Shown here: positions 20,753 to 33,379 of the stretch, one piece after another
Position numbering within the stretch: the stretch's first letter is position 1
Layout: every line of letters starts with the position of its first letter
Assembly: GCA_030704615.1 (NCBI GenBank)
Contig: CM060733.1
Span: 57,536,001 to 57,600,000 of the forward strand
Direction of reading: 5' to 3'
DNA length: 64,000 bases
Origin: Takakia lepidozioides
Taxonomy: Eukaryota; Plantae; Bryophyta
Program-made: the position numbers and the translations under genes
The notes under the pieces: generated by a model
Databases searched by the model: none
Seen by the model: only the letters and a program-made list of their open reading frames with translations
Told to the model about the DNA's origin: nothing

Positions 20753-23304
20753 ATATTCGGGGCGTGCTAGATTGTGAGCAGAAAAAACTGTGAGCAGGAT
20801 TCTGCTCACAGTTTTCACCCTATTACCGCGGACCTATACCTGCTGGAAGCTCTATTACCGTGGGCTTCAAGTGCTAAATCAACTTTGTGATTTTTGCTCA
20901 TACGTTCATCGAATCTTACATAGTCTCCATCTCGGTCATTTCCAAGCTCAAAGTCTGAATCAACAAGCTGATGAAGCTCATTTTGCCCTCGCACAAGAAA
21001 ATTTCTGAGGTAGTCAAATGCAAGCCTCATTATGCATCTGTGGTTGTTAGTACGTGCAGCGAATTCCTATGAAAGCAAAACAATGTCATTCTCGTAGGTC
21101 ATCGTTGATGTAGTCCTCCGCTTCCTGCCAATGCCAAGAGCAGCAGAGCGTCTCACCACTTCTTTACAAGAGATACAAGTCTTCTTGAAATGAGGATCGT
21201 GAAGGATGTTGTACTCCTCCATAGGTTCACCAGATACCATAGATTTTGTCTCCAATCTCGCACTGATGAGTCTACCGAAAGCTCGAAGAAGACCTATAAA
21301 CCTATTAAAACCCTTCATAAGTCAAATTGCGTATATATAGGATGTATGATGAGGTCAATACACATTGTTGCAAAGTTTTTAGGAAACTCACTATGTTTCT
21401 CCAAGATATACTTGACCATCAGTTCTTTGAACCTGGAGGAAAATCGTGCTCGATAACCCAACCAATTTTTTAACATCAGTCTCAAACAGCTCTTCCATGG
21501 TTTTGGCTGTGGATTTCCCTATTACTATCCTCCATGTGTCAAACCTCCTACGGGCCCGACGCTCGGGAGAGTGGCTCGGAAGGCCGCTCGGGACCAGACC
21601 AGGAAGCAATTAAGGTAGTGGCATCTAGAAGTGTGCGCGGCCTTATTATGTCCCCTATTTTTGATGAATGAAGTCATTTTTTTCATCCTAGTACTGTGCA
21701 CTTTTGTAATGGAGGCAATTCAAGGTTAATTATAGGTACGATGTGAGGTGTTTTGGAGTACAAGGGGCTTATTTAATGGTGCATTAGTGAAGCTAATTAC
21801 ATAGCAGCCTATTGATTCTTATTTCAAATTCCTAATTTGTTTTTGAAAGTGGAGGCTAGTGTTTTGGGACAATGGCCAATTAATACATCAGCCAAGCATC
21901 AATGCAAATGGGATGCATGGTGCACCTTATATACTGCTACAATGCACACATTTTTATCATGCTTCCGTTGCCAAGGATGGCGGAAGAATGGGAGTTGTGG
22001 AGTCTTCCAGCTGTGTCCACGGGGTCGGCTAGTTTAGGGTTCTCAGATGGCCATGTATGAGGAGTTGTAGGTCAACTCAGGGCATACTTAAGGGTCCTAC
22101 TTGGAGTTGTCTATGGTCAGATTTTGCACAGGTGGTCATCCATGCAAGGAAAGTTATGGGATGTGCGCAATTCCGTGTTGGGAGACCGTTACTTTTGGAC
22201 CCGCACATGGCCTAGTTTTGCTAATTTTTGGGACAGGTGTAGGTGCACATCTTGTGCACTGGGGGCAACTTCCGGCACATATCAAGGAGGATTATATGGC
22301 ATTATAGGATGGACCTACTGAGCAATAGTGGGATAATATGTACTTTGATTTTGATAATTCATATATAATACATCTGTGATTGAAAAATTATGTGCTTTGC
22401 ACAAATGATGGTTGCTTCATTTGCTATCCTGCTCATATAATTTTTGTGTTGCACACTGCTTAAAAGCACACTTCAAGATACCACTACCTAAGTGCAATTA
22501 GTGAGGGTGACGGCATCATAACTTAGATGGAAGGGGGAGAGGGGTGATTGGCTGGTCTGATCCAGACAAGTGGATGAAGGGGAGTGGCTCATCAGAGGAT
22601 GAAGCCTGAGCTGGAAGCCAGATGGCTGCTTCCGGAAGGAGGGGGGCGTGGGATGATGATGGGTCAAAGTGATGCCGGGGGGTACGTTGGATGCACACTG
22701 GAGGACAAGGTGACGATGTTTAGAGTGATTGCGAGGACAGATCGGCAAGATGACGCCGGGGCTTCAGAGCAGTACGAGGATGCTTGAAAGAGAGACGCTG
22801 GCGAAGCCCTCTCTCTCACCGCAAAACGCAGAGCTCCTCTTCCGCCTCGATCCGCCTTTTATAAAAAATCCGAGTGGCTTATTTCTAAGAACATGGTCAT
22901 AATTTCCAGTGTGTTATTTCCAATTCGAATCACTGAGTTCTGTACACAAATTCCAACCAACGAGGGTATGTAACTTCAAAAGTACTTCCCCACCAACATC
23001 CCATCGTTAGCGTATGTGCAAGAGAATCGGCCTTGTGTCAGATTTCTACGATCTTACACGTTGTAAATGTCAACAGAAAATACTTCATATTACGAGGCCG
23101 CTTCAGTATTAAGGCAAGCTCGGGAGGTTCATATGATGTGATGTGAAACCGCTGTGCTGCTGGGAGTACTAGCCTGCAATGGCCTTAAGCAATTCACAGT
23201 TCACAAGAGTCAATGAATGTATACCGGCATCAAGCGCGAGTTCAAAACCGTGCGCAGGCACATTGTGAGTGACTGACTAGCAAGAATATCAAGACATCGG
23301 CTAC

Positions 23305-24186
<882 letters not shown>

Positions 24187-24330
24187 TCACTGACAAGTGC
24201 GGTAGAAAGGTGATAGTCAGACAACAAGATGCATTGAAAAAGCTTTCTCACAAATTGTCATCCTCCCTTTCTCCCCAACATAGTTTTAGCCTTGTCAGCA
24301 ATGCAGCACCAGAACTAGTGTGTGGTAAGT

Positions 24331-27006
24331 ATGGTTGGGGTGTATATTTTAGGTTATCATTGTCAGCTCTTAGCAGTGTGGGTGCAGATCCATCCGAGAG
24401 GTCCTGATTTCAAGCACAAGAGTCCATATGAGCCACTGAGGATTGACAGCTACAAGAAACCTGCAAGGGTAGATGGTCATCTGGAAGGGGCAGTGGCAGC
24501 ACAGCTCAGAAAATCAGGCACCTCCACAATGACCTCCACTTCCAAAAGAGGACCAAGAGAGGAAGTTCTCAAGATTTCTTCTGGCGCTTCTGAACTTGTG
24601 AGGACACTATATGAGGCACGAAACCTGAAAGAGGCTCTGAAAATTTTGAACCTTGGAGGCATTTTCGCAGAGTCAGATACTTATATGTGGCTCTTGCATA
24701 AGTGCATAAAGATGAAATGCCTAGCAGCAGGAAAGCAGGTGCACACTCACATTATCCAAAGTGGATTCAAGCCAAACGTGTTTCTATACAACACTCTTGT
24801 CAACATGTATGTCAAATGTGGGAGCATTGTAGATGCACATGGAGTGTTTGACAAAATGCCTGAACGAAATATGTGTTCATGGACTATAATGGTGGCAGGA
24901 TATACGAAGCATGGGTGTGGGAGAAATGCCTTGGAGACATATGAGCAAATGATACAGGAAGGGGTGAAGCCCAACGGGGCCACGTTAGTTTGTGTTCTCA
25001 AGTCATGTGCCTGCCTGGCAGCCCTGGAAAAGGGCAAACAGGTCCATGGTGACATCATGAAAGCTGGAGTTGTACCAGATATGATTCTGAATACTACCCT
25101 TGTTGACATGTATGTCAAATGTGGGAGCATAGAGGATGCAAGAATAGTGTTTGACAATATGACTGAACGAGATGTGGTGTCCTGGAGTGTGATGATTGCA
25201 GGATATGCCCAGCATGGGTGTGGGATGGAGGCTGTGGAGACGTATGAGCAAATGATGCTGGAAGGGGTGAAGCCGGACCAGGTGACATACGCTTGCATTT
25301 GCAATGCATGTGCTTGCCTGGCAGACCTGGAGAAGGCCAAAGAGGTCCACGGTGACATCGTGAAAGCTGGAATTATACCAAATATGATTCTGAATACTAC
25401 GCTTGTGAACATGTATGTCAAATGTGGGAGCATAAAGGATGCAAAGGTAGTGTTTGACAATATGGATGAGCGAGACGTGGTATCCTGGAGTGCGATGATA
25501 GCAGGATATGCCCAGCATGGGTGTGGGATGGAGGCTGTGGAGATGTATAAGCAAATGATGCAGGAAGGGGTGAAGCCGGACCAGGTGACATTCGCTTGTG
25601 TTTGCAATGCATGTGCACGCCTGGCAGCCCTGGAAAAGGGCAAAGGGGTGCATGGTGACATCATGAAAGCTGGAATTGTACCAAACGTGATTCTGAATAC
25701 TACCCTTGTGGACATGTATGCCAAATGTGGGAGCATAAAGGATGCACAGGTACTGTTTGAGCATATGGCTGAACGAAATGTGGTGTCCTGGAGTGCAATG
25801 ATTGCAGGATATACCCAGCATGGAAATGGGATGGACGCGCTGGAGACATATGACCAGATGAGGCAGGAAGGGGTGACACCCAACCAGATCACGTTTGTTT
25901 GCGTTTGCAATGCATGTGCGAGCCTGGCAGCCCTGGGAAAGGGTAAAGAGGTCCATGCTGACATCATGAAAGCTGGGATTGTACCAAATGTCATCCTGGG
26001 CACTACCCTCGTGGATATGTATGCCAAATGTGGGAGCATAAGGGATGCAATAGGAATATTTGACAATATGGCTGAACGAAATTTGGTGTCATGGAATGCG
26101 ATGATGGCAGGATATGCACAGCATGGTTGCCACTGGGAGGCCCTGCGACTATTTGAAGGAATGCGAAAGGAAGGCTTGAAGCTGGATAGTATCACCTTTG
26201 TGTGCATTCTCTCTGCATGTAGCCATGTGGGCCTAGTGGATGAAGGCAGACATTACTTTCATTCCCTGAGTCGAGATTATGGCCTCACTCCAACAGTAGA
26301 ACACTTTGGTTGCATGGTGGACCTTCTTGGTCGTGCAGGGCAATTGGATGAGGCAGAGGACTTCATTAACAAAATGCCAATCAAACCAGATGCTGTGGTG
26401 TGGAAGGCCTTGCTTGGTGGGTGCAGGATTCATGGCAATGTGGAGATTGCTGAACGTGCAGCAACACTTATTCTCAAGTGGGATCAACAGGACACTGCAA
26501 CTTATGTGTTGCTATCAAACATCTATGCCGCAGCTGGCAGGTGGGCTGATACTGCAAAGGTGAGAAATATAATGAAGGTCAAAGGGGTCAGAAAGGAGCC
26601 AGGTCATTCATGCATTGAGGTCAGCAACAGGTTGCACACCTTTGTTGTTGATGACAAATTGCATCCAAGAATGGAGGAAATCCATGCTGAACTGAGAAGA
26701 TTGTCTGGGCAGATGAAGGAGGCAGGGTATATGCCTGACACGCAATTTGTATTGCATAATGTGAAGGAGGAGCACAAGCAAATGTCTCTTTGCCATCACA
26801 GTGAGAAGCTGGCCATTGCTTTTGGGCTGATCAGCACAGCCCCTGGGACACCTCTCCGTGTGATCAAGAATCTTCGAGTGTGTGGTGACTGCCACACCGC
26901 CACCAAGTTCATCTCAAAGATTGTCGGCCGAACAATTGTTGTACGTGATGCAAACCGTTTTCACCACTTCGAGGATGGGGTTTGTTCCTGTGATGAGTAC
27001 TGGTGA
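24331..27006 (+). CDS. PLS-class PPR protein with E1/E2/DYW domain (organellar C-to-U editing factor)
   Basis: About 17 L/S/P motifs in 101-aa triplets, PG box (KEPGHSCIE), HSEKLA, CGDCH and terminal FHHF..CSCDEYW. The frame is uninterrupted. The start codon is uncertain (ATG at 24331 or 24529). Confidence 0.95.
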   Translation: MVGVYILGYHCQLLAVWVQIHPRGPDFKHKSPYEPLRIDSYKKPARVDGHLEGAVAAQLRKSGTSTMTSTSKRGPREEVLKISSGASELVRTLYEARNLKEALKILNLGGIFAESDTYMWLLHKCIKMKCLAAGKQVHTHIIQSGFKPNVFLYNTLVNMYVKCGSIVDAHGVFDKMPERNMCSWTIMVAGYTKHGCGRNALETYEQMIQEGVKPNGATLVCVLKSCACLAALEKGKQVHGDIMKAGVVPDMILNTTLVDMYVKCGSIEDARIVFDNMTERDVVSWSVMIAGYAQHGCGMEAVETYEQMMLEGVKPDQVTYACICNACACLADLEKAKEVHGDIVKAGIIPNMILNTTLVNMYVKCGSIKDAKVVFDNMDERDVVSWSAMIAGYAQHGCGMEAVEMYKQMMQEGVKPDQVTFACVCNACARLAALEKGKGVHGDIMKAGIVPNVILNTTLVDMYAKCGSIKDAQVLFEHMAERNVVSWSAMIAGYTQHGNGMDALETYDQMRQEGVTPNQITFVCVCNACASLAALGKGKEVHADIMKAGIVPNVILGTTLVDMYAKCGSIRDAIGIFDNMAERNLVSWNAMMAGYAQHGCHWEALRLFEGMRKEGLKLDSITFVCILSACSHVGLVDEGRHYFHSLSRDYGLTPTVEHFGCMVDLLGRAGQLDEAEDFINKMPIKPDAVVWKALLGGCRIHGNVEIAERAATLILKWDQQDTATYVLLSNIYAAAGRWADTAKVRNIMKVKGVRKEPGHSCIEVSNRLHTFVVDDKLHPRMEEIHAELRRLSGQMKEAGYMPDTQFVLHNVKEEHKQMSLCHHSEKLAIAFGLISTAPGTPLRVIKNLRVCGDCHTATKFISKIVGRTIVVRDANRFHHFEDGVCSCDEYW

Positions 27007-28129
27007 CTCACTGTTTTACTTTCTTCACCAGTGTCTTGCATTTGACTGCACAAATCATCTCAAATGTTATGCTTGCCCATGTGAGAAGACTGCAGGCATG
27101 TAAAAAATGCACCCAATTCCGTAAGGGAATGAAATGATCCATTTTTAAAGTCCACGGACAGCTCACAGAGCTTATGGGACAAGAAAGCAGGAAACAAGAA
27201 AGAGAGTGGGGCCCTCATTGTCTTAAGATAAAACAGATTTGATGCTAAGCATTGTTATCCTGGTACCTGAACCCCTTTGGAGTTTGTAGGGGATGGGCTA
27301 TCTTGAAATAAGCAGTAGTATCTCCTCCGGAACTCATAGTGGAGAGGACAGTCAAAGAAGAAACGTTCTTCAGTTTTAATCTCCCTCCTGTTATCTCTAG
27401 CGCAAGTGGGGCACAAGCGGTCAGCACTCTGCAGGTTGTCCCTCCTACCACTGTATGGATATCGTCAACATCAACCTTCCAAGGTGTCCCTCCGACAGGC
27501 TCGCACATGGGTATCAGGTTTGATGAAGGTACCAACAATACTCTTTAAGAGTCAAAACTGTCTAAAGAAACGTAGATGTGGTGCTGAGACTCTTGTTGCC
27601 CAGCCTGGCCGTTCATGTTACTGCAAATTCGCATACTCTGATAGTCTCCCGGGCAAGAACATAGTGGGTTGGAATCTGACTTTCTGTGTGTGCACACGAT
27701 GGAATTACATCGATTCCAGCTCTGCGCAACTCTAACAAGGATATTTCCGGTTCCTCCTTTTCCTTTGCAGACAGCAGGGGTACTGATTTGCCGCCATTAG
27801 CTCTCGGAGCAGCTGCCCCGCAGCTCCTCCAAGATCATGAAGAGAGTTCGAACAGCCGGATTCGACACATTCGACTATCCATACGCCCCACTGAGGTTCC
27901 ACAGTATCCAACTCTTGAATAGCTGAATTGAAATGAGGCAGGGCAGCTTACAAGTTTCTTGTTAAAGAACTTTTAGATCCCTGGCTCATTACTGTAGAGG
28001 ATCGTGAAGGAGAACTGAGATGTTCGAAGTTGCTATTGATTAAACTCGAAGCATACACAATATACTAATCCCAAGTCTAAGAGAGCAGGGAAGCACAACT
28101 CATTTCATTTCATGATTAACTACTAGCGG

Positions 28130-28307
28130 AGTGGTCCACTGGTATAACCTTGCCTGTGCAGAACCTAGGTGATCCTGGGTTCAATCCTTCAACATGTGCC
28201 TTCAGACCGTCCATTGGGCCCTCGATGGCCTGTGTGTTGAGCAGTAGGCTCTGTAAATTCACTGGACGTTAAACAAACTTTATCTTTATCTTTATCCAAT
28301 AAAAAAA
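28130..28307 (+). mobile_element. tRNA-derived SINE
   Basis: A-box-like TGGTCCACTGG, B-box GGTTCAATCC and an A tail at ~28298-28307. Most of it is missing from the inverted paralogous arm (~37725-37745). Confidence 0.6.
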
Positions 28308-29142
28308 CCTACTTCACATACTGATTGGAGCTATTGATATGTCCTTCTACATGCTTGAGTAGTCAACAAACCGACAGTTACAGACGGCGATCTTCTTTGA
28401 TTGAACTACTCAACACCCCCCCTCGAACTTGGAAGCTATTCATCATTCCAAGAGCGCATACAAAAAGAATGTCATTCTAGTTTAAACCGTATGCTCCGAG
28501 TTTTGGCAAAATTCGAGTAGTAAAATGTGTGTACCAAACCTAGCTTCTCTCTTAGTTTCTCAAACACAATGCGACCGAAAGGTTTGATCAAGATGTTTGC
28601 TAGCTGATCAGAAGATGGAACATGATTCATTTCTAATTCACCGTCTGCAACCTTTTCTCTAACAAAATGATGTGTAATCGCAGTATGCTTGGTTCTGCCA
28701 TAGTTGGTTTTCAGAGAGTTTAATTGCACTTTGATTGTCGACCATGATTTGCATTGATTTTTGTTTGTTGATTGCTTGAATTTCTCCAAACAATCTCCTC
28801 AGCCACACAGCCTCTTTTGCGCTACTCGTCATGGCCCTATATCTGTGGATGAAAGAGCGGTGCATGGATGCTTTATGGTACCCCATGTGATTGGACTTGA
28901 TCCTAAACAAAACAGGTAACATGTTTGTTGATTTGCGAATGTGAATGTCTCCAACCAAGTTGGCATCTGCATAGCCTGTGAGTATGCTTTCCTCCCCTTG
29001 ATGATAGCAAATACCAAGGTCCACCGTACCTTTGATACAGATGTGGAGTTTGGGGTTGGTTCGAGAACCTACTCACCACATTTACTGCGAAGGAAATGTC
29101 TGGCCGGGTTTGCCTTTCAACTTCCCTACCATCTGTTGGTAC

Positions 29143-29947
29143 CAGTGTTGGCCGGGTATGGCATCTGGACATGCATATCCGGCGGTTATTTGCCGGTTAT
29201 GCACATATGCACAACCGGAAAGTGTAAGCCCCGCAAGAACCGGCTATGGAAGGGAACCGGCAAAAGCCATCGAACTTCCTAACCGGCTAGAGAACCGGCA
29301 TCGTGATTGTAAGGATATTATACCCGGAGCAAATCCGGAGCAAATGTGGATGTCGTAGAGGTGGTTCTAGATAATACAAGTCATGTAGGGGCTGATTATG
29401 GTAGTTAAGAACATTACAGATGGACAAAGATCCTAAGGGGAATGTTATGTCTTACTGGTTACAATACATTTACAGCGGTTAGGGAGAATGTCCAAGTAGA
29501 TAGGAAATTAATTAGTTGGGCATTTGGCTAAAATAATAGTTGTAAGTTGTAAGCTTAGGGTATTACAAGGGCAAAGCCCCCAAAGATAGATGACAGGAGT
29601 TGAACATTTGAAAATCAGATCCAGAGGCCAACACACAAGTGGCTTACCACCAGGCCAGAGCCCTCTTGTGTAGTTTTACACACATACACAAAAAGTCTAG
29701 AAAAAGTTCAAAAAAAATTAGTGGATGAATCCCATAACCGGTACCATGGAACCGGCATTTTTTAGGATGACATAACCGGTAGATCGAGAACCGGACAAAA
29801 AAAAATTCATGTGTTTAATGAGAACCTGTAACCGAGATGTTTTTTAAACCTATTGGTATACCCTACCCCGGCCATCCATTTTTTTCAAAGAGTAGGCTAT
29901 AACCGGGACCGGAAGAGGGCTCAAAACATGGTACCCGGCCAACACTG
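29143..29947. mobile_element. Non-autonomous hAT-type element (MITE)
   Basis: 16-bp TIRs CAGTGTTGGCCGGGTA / TACCCGGCCAACACTG, perfect 8-bp TSD GTTGGTAC (29135-29142 and 29948-29955), and multiple AACCGG subterminal repeats. Confidence 0.92.
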
Positions 29948-32900
29948 GTTGGTACATTTGTGCGTCCACTGTGGAAACTCCCATGTCTGCTATGAGCTGC
30001 AGTCCTGGTAGCATAGGCACAACTGCAGCATTGCAGTTAGTAAACCCAAATTCTTGAATAGTCTATGTTGCATATCCTCTCTACGTGACAGTAATACCCT
30101 CCGACCGAAAAAAGTACTACAGCCCTAATAAGCGACTCAACAAACCCAAATTTGTCATCTCAAACCTATTTTGAATTTCTATTCTAATCAAGTGGAGCTC
30201 AGTAGTGTGGTTATCGGTGAGATAAACATCTTTGACATAAAAGAATTAAAAGAACCACCTTGTCACCTTCGTGAAATAACAAGCGGCTAGTCGCGTAATG
30301 GCTCCACCCTGAGAGTAGATTATTTATTTATAATTTTATATTGAAATTAAATATATGTGTATAACAAGGGCAGAGACCAGAGACCCTGGAAAACTTTATT
30401 TTATTTGTAGATAAAAAAATTAGAAAATAAATTCCCTATAATCGAAAAAACCTAAGCATCATTCAATCTTCATATTATAATATCTGTTATGTGAAAATAT
30501 ATGATAACAATAAGCTTATTGTATTCTTTTTATTGACAACTTTGGCAATTGAAAATATAATAATCATCAAATCCTGTCATAATTTTATATTTGATCTTTT
30601 TCAAAATATAACAATGACCTAAATGAACATGTACCATAAGAGCAAAAATTAAGTATAATGTATGATACTATTGACTGATCTTTCAATTTTCTGAATTACT
30701 AAAATATTGAGATATTTGTTGAAATACTGACTATTGTTTTGGATAGATGAATTTTTTTGGATACAAATTACTATGTTGTAGTTAAGTATGTAAACATTAA
30801 TAAGTGAGAAATGTAAGATTTACGTAAAGAAGAAGATGAATTAGGAAAATTTGTTGTTAACCGCAACAATAATCGTTAAAACAAAAAGTATGATATTAAT
30901 TTAGTTAGTGAAAAAATTATTAGATTATAAAATTTTGAATATAATTATTTCCTGGTAAATAAATCATGTGATATGAAGTGAAAAATTAAACTTCATGCTG
31001 ATCTATTGGTCTTTTATTCAATTGTTAGATTTTAACATTTTAAAACTATGAAATTAAAACCGTGGTGAAAGTGAGAACATTAGATATACCACAACAAAAT
31101 GGCCTTTGTGTCGGCAAAGCACACACTGTGTCAGTCGAATCGTGCCCAACACGTTTATATCAAATGTGACCTACTCCAACATGGAAGAATTGGACATTTA
31201 ATCCTACTGAACTATCATCACAACCTTTCTAAGAGCAGTAACATTGGTTTGTTCCAAACGTTGGGACCAGATTGACTCACCATGCTCAGTCATCGGCACC
31301 AGTGAAAATTTTCTACATTTCAATGATAGTTCAGACTCTTATGCTTATGAATTTAAAACGGCACAAGCTCCTCTAAGTGTACATTCCCAATAGATATTAC
31401 GTTTCCGAGAGGGGAATTGAGGCTGACTTCTTATTTAGTTAAATTTCAATGGATTGTCACTTTTCCATACCACATTTGATGGCCATGACTCTCTCGAACA
31501 TCCTCTCTAAGAGCCAGGAAGGAATAATGTACTTATATGCATCTAGAGCTTAAAGATTACAGAATGACACAAGCAGGAAGAGCCAGTATGACATGCTCTC
31601 GATAAACCTGGACCAAGCAGCCACAGACTTAGGTTTCCAACAAGACATGAGAGAAATTGCACCAAGAGTAACCATGTTGTGTCAGAATTGAGAGACGACA
31701 ACACATACATGTAGCTGCTTGGGGTTCGCTGCAAATCCCATTTGCACACATATGGAGGACTCCCTCTCATGCTCTTGTACTTCCAGAAAACTATGCATGA
31801 AGATGCTGCCATCCTCCTATCCCTGCACGACTTCTCTGCCATAAACAAAACCCTAAAGTTTTTCAGCAATCCATTCTACATCCCCGCGCAATATACGTCT
31901 TCCCTGAAAAAAAAACAACCCTAAGTTACAACTTTCTTTTAATTCTTTCTTTGAGCTCTAAGAGATCAGAAAACAAAACAAAACAAAATCAGAATGCCCG
32001 GCCCATCAACGTTGCCTTTTATTTTAGGGTATATAAACAAATTATATATATATATAAGCCTATATAAGTAAGCGTATATAAACCTATGTATATATATATG
32101 TATATGCCTAGATAAGCTTATATAACCATATGAATATTTACGTGTGTAAGATTCACTTATGGGTCTTATCCAATCAATGTACATTCAAGCTAACACTTAA
32201 GTGCTTAAGTGGGGGAGAATCATCTACTTCATATAGGTATTATCTAGTGGAGGTATATCAGGATCTTACTCATTTTTGGCACCAATGCGTGGTCTCTCCC
32301 TTATAGGGAAGAGCCAATAAAGGTTGCCATCCGCGATGTCTTTCTTCAATCCTTGTTTTTGCAAATATTCATCAATCTTAGTATATCAGGCACGAGTTGC
32401 TTGGCGCAATCTGTACAATGATTTGTGCAATCTGCATATTTTACCATCTTTACCTTTTTCTTCAAACCTCTCTGGTTGTTGCACAAAAACTTCCTCAAAG
32501 AGTTCGCCATTACAAAGGCAGTCTTCACATCAATATGGTAGATTGACCATCCTTTGTGATCAGCTAGTGCAGTGATGGCACGCAAAGTATTATGTTTGGC
32601 AACTGGGGCATAGGTTTCCTCAAAGTCCTCCCCTTCGCGCTGTTCAAATCCACGAGCAACCAAGCGCGCTTTTAGTTTTGATGTGGTGTCATCCACATGG
32701 GTTTTCACCTTGTAAATCCATTTAGTTGTGATTGGTTTTCGACCAGGGGGCAAATCTGCCAGTACCCAAGTTTTGTTCTTATGTATGGAACTAATCTCTT
32801 GTTCCATAGCTTCAATCCATCCGAGTATCTAGGAATTGGTGATCTGGTTGTAACTAGCATGAACCTCATGTGATCTTTAAAAAAAATGACATCTTTTGAC

Positions 32901-33379
32901 ACCATAACTTTGTAACTCTGGACAGGAACATCTATAGCCATTTGTGGATAATCATATCCCAACAGTGCACACCTCAGTGGTTTTTGGTGACCATTTGGAC
33001 TTTTGAGTGTTAACGTGAACAAAATATTCACAGCCAATGACTCTAAGATGTTTGATATCAGGGACATGTCCGTAGAATTTCTGATAGGGAGTGTTTCACT
33101 GGAATATCAATGCTTAAGGTGACTAACTACTTATAAACAAACTTAAGGATAAGAGGCAAAATGAGTCAGATTTTGTTCACAATGTTAAATTGCAAATTGG
33201 AATGAGCACACAAAATGAAATGCATGTTGCATGAACACAAATTTTAAACACATGTCACAACATTTACACAAATTGCTGAACACACACCGAAAACACAAGA
33301 ATGGACCCAAACAATTCGAGTGGGTACATTGAAAAGTGAAGTGCAAAAATAACATATCCATCAATCATTAATCATTAAT

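Noticed and set aside
24747-26207. 486-aa and 317-aa minus-strand ORFs
   Set aside because: They are antisense shadows of the repetitive PPR coding sequence.
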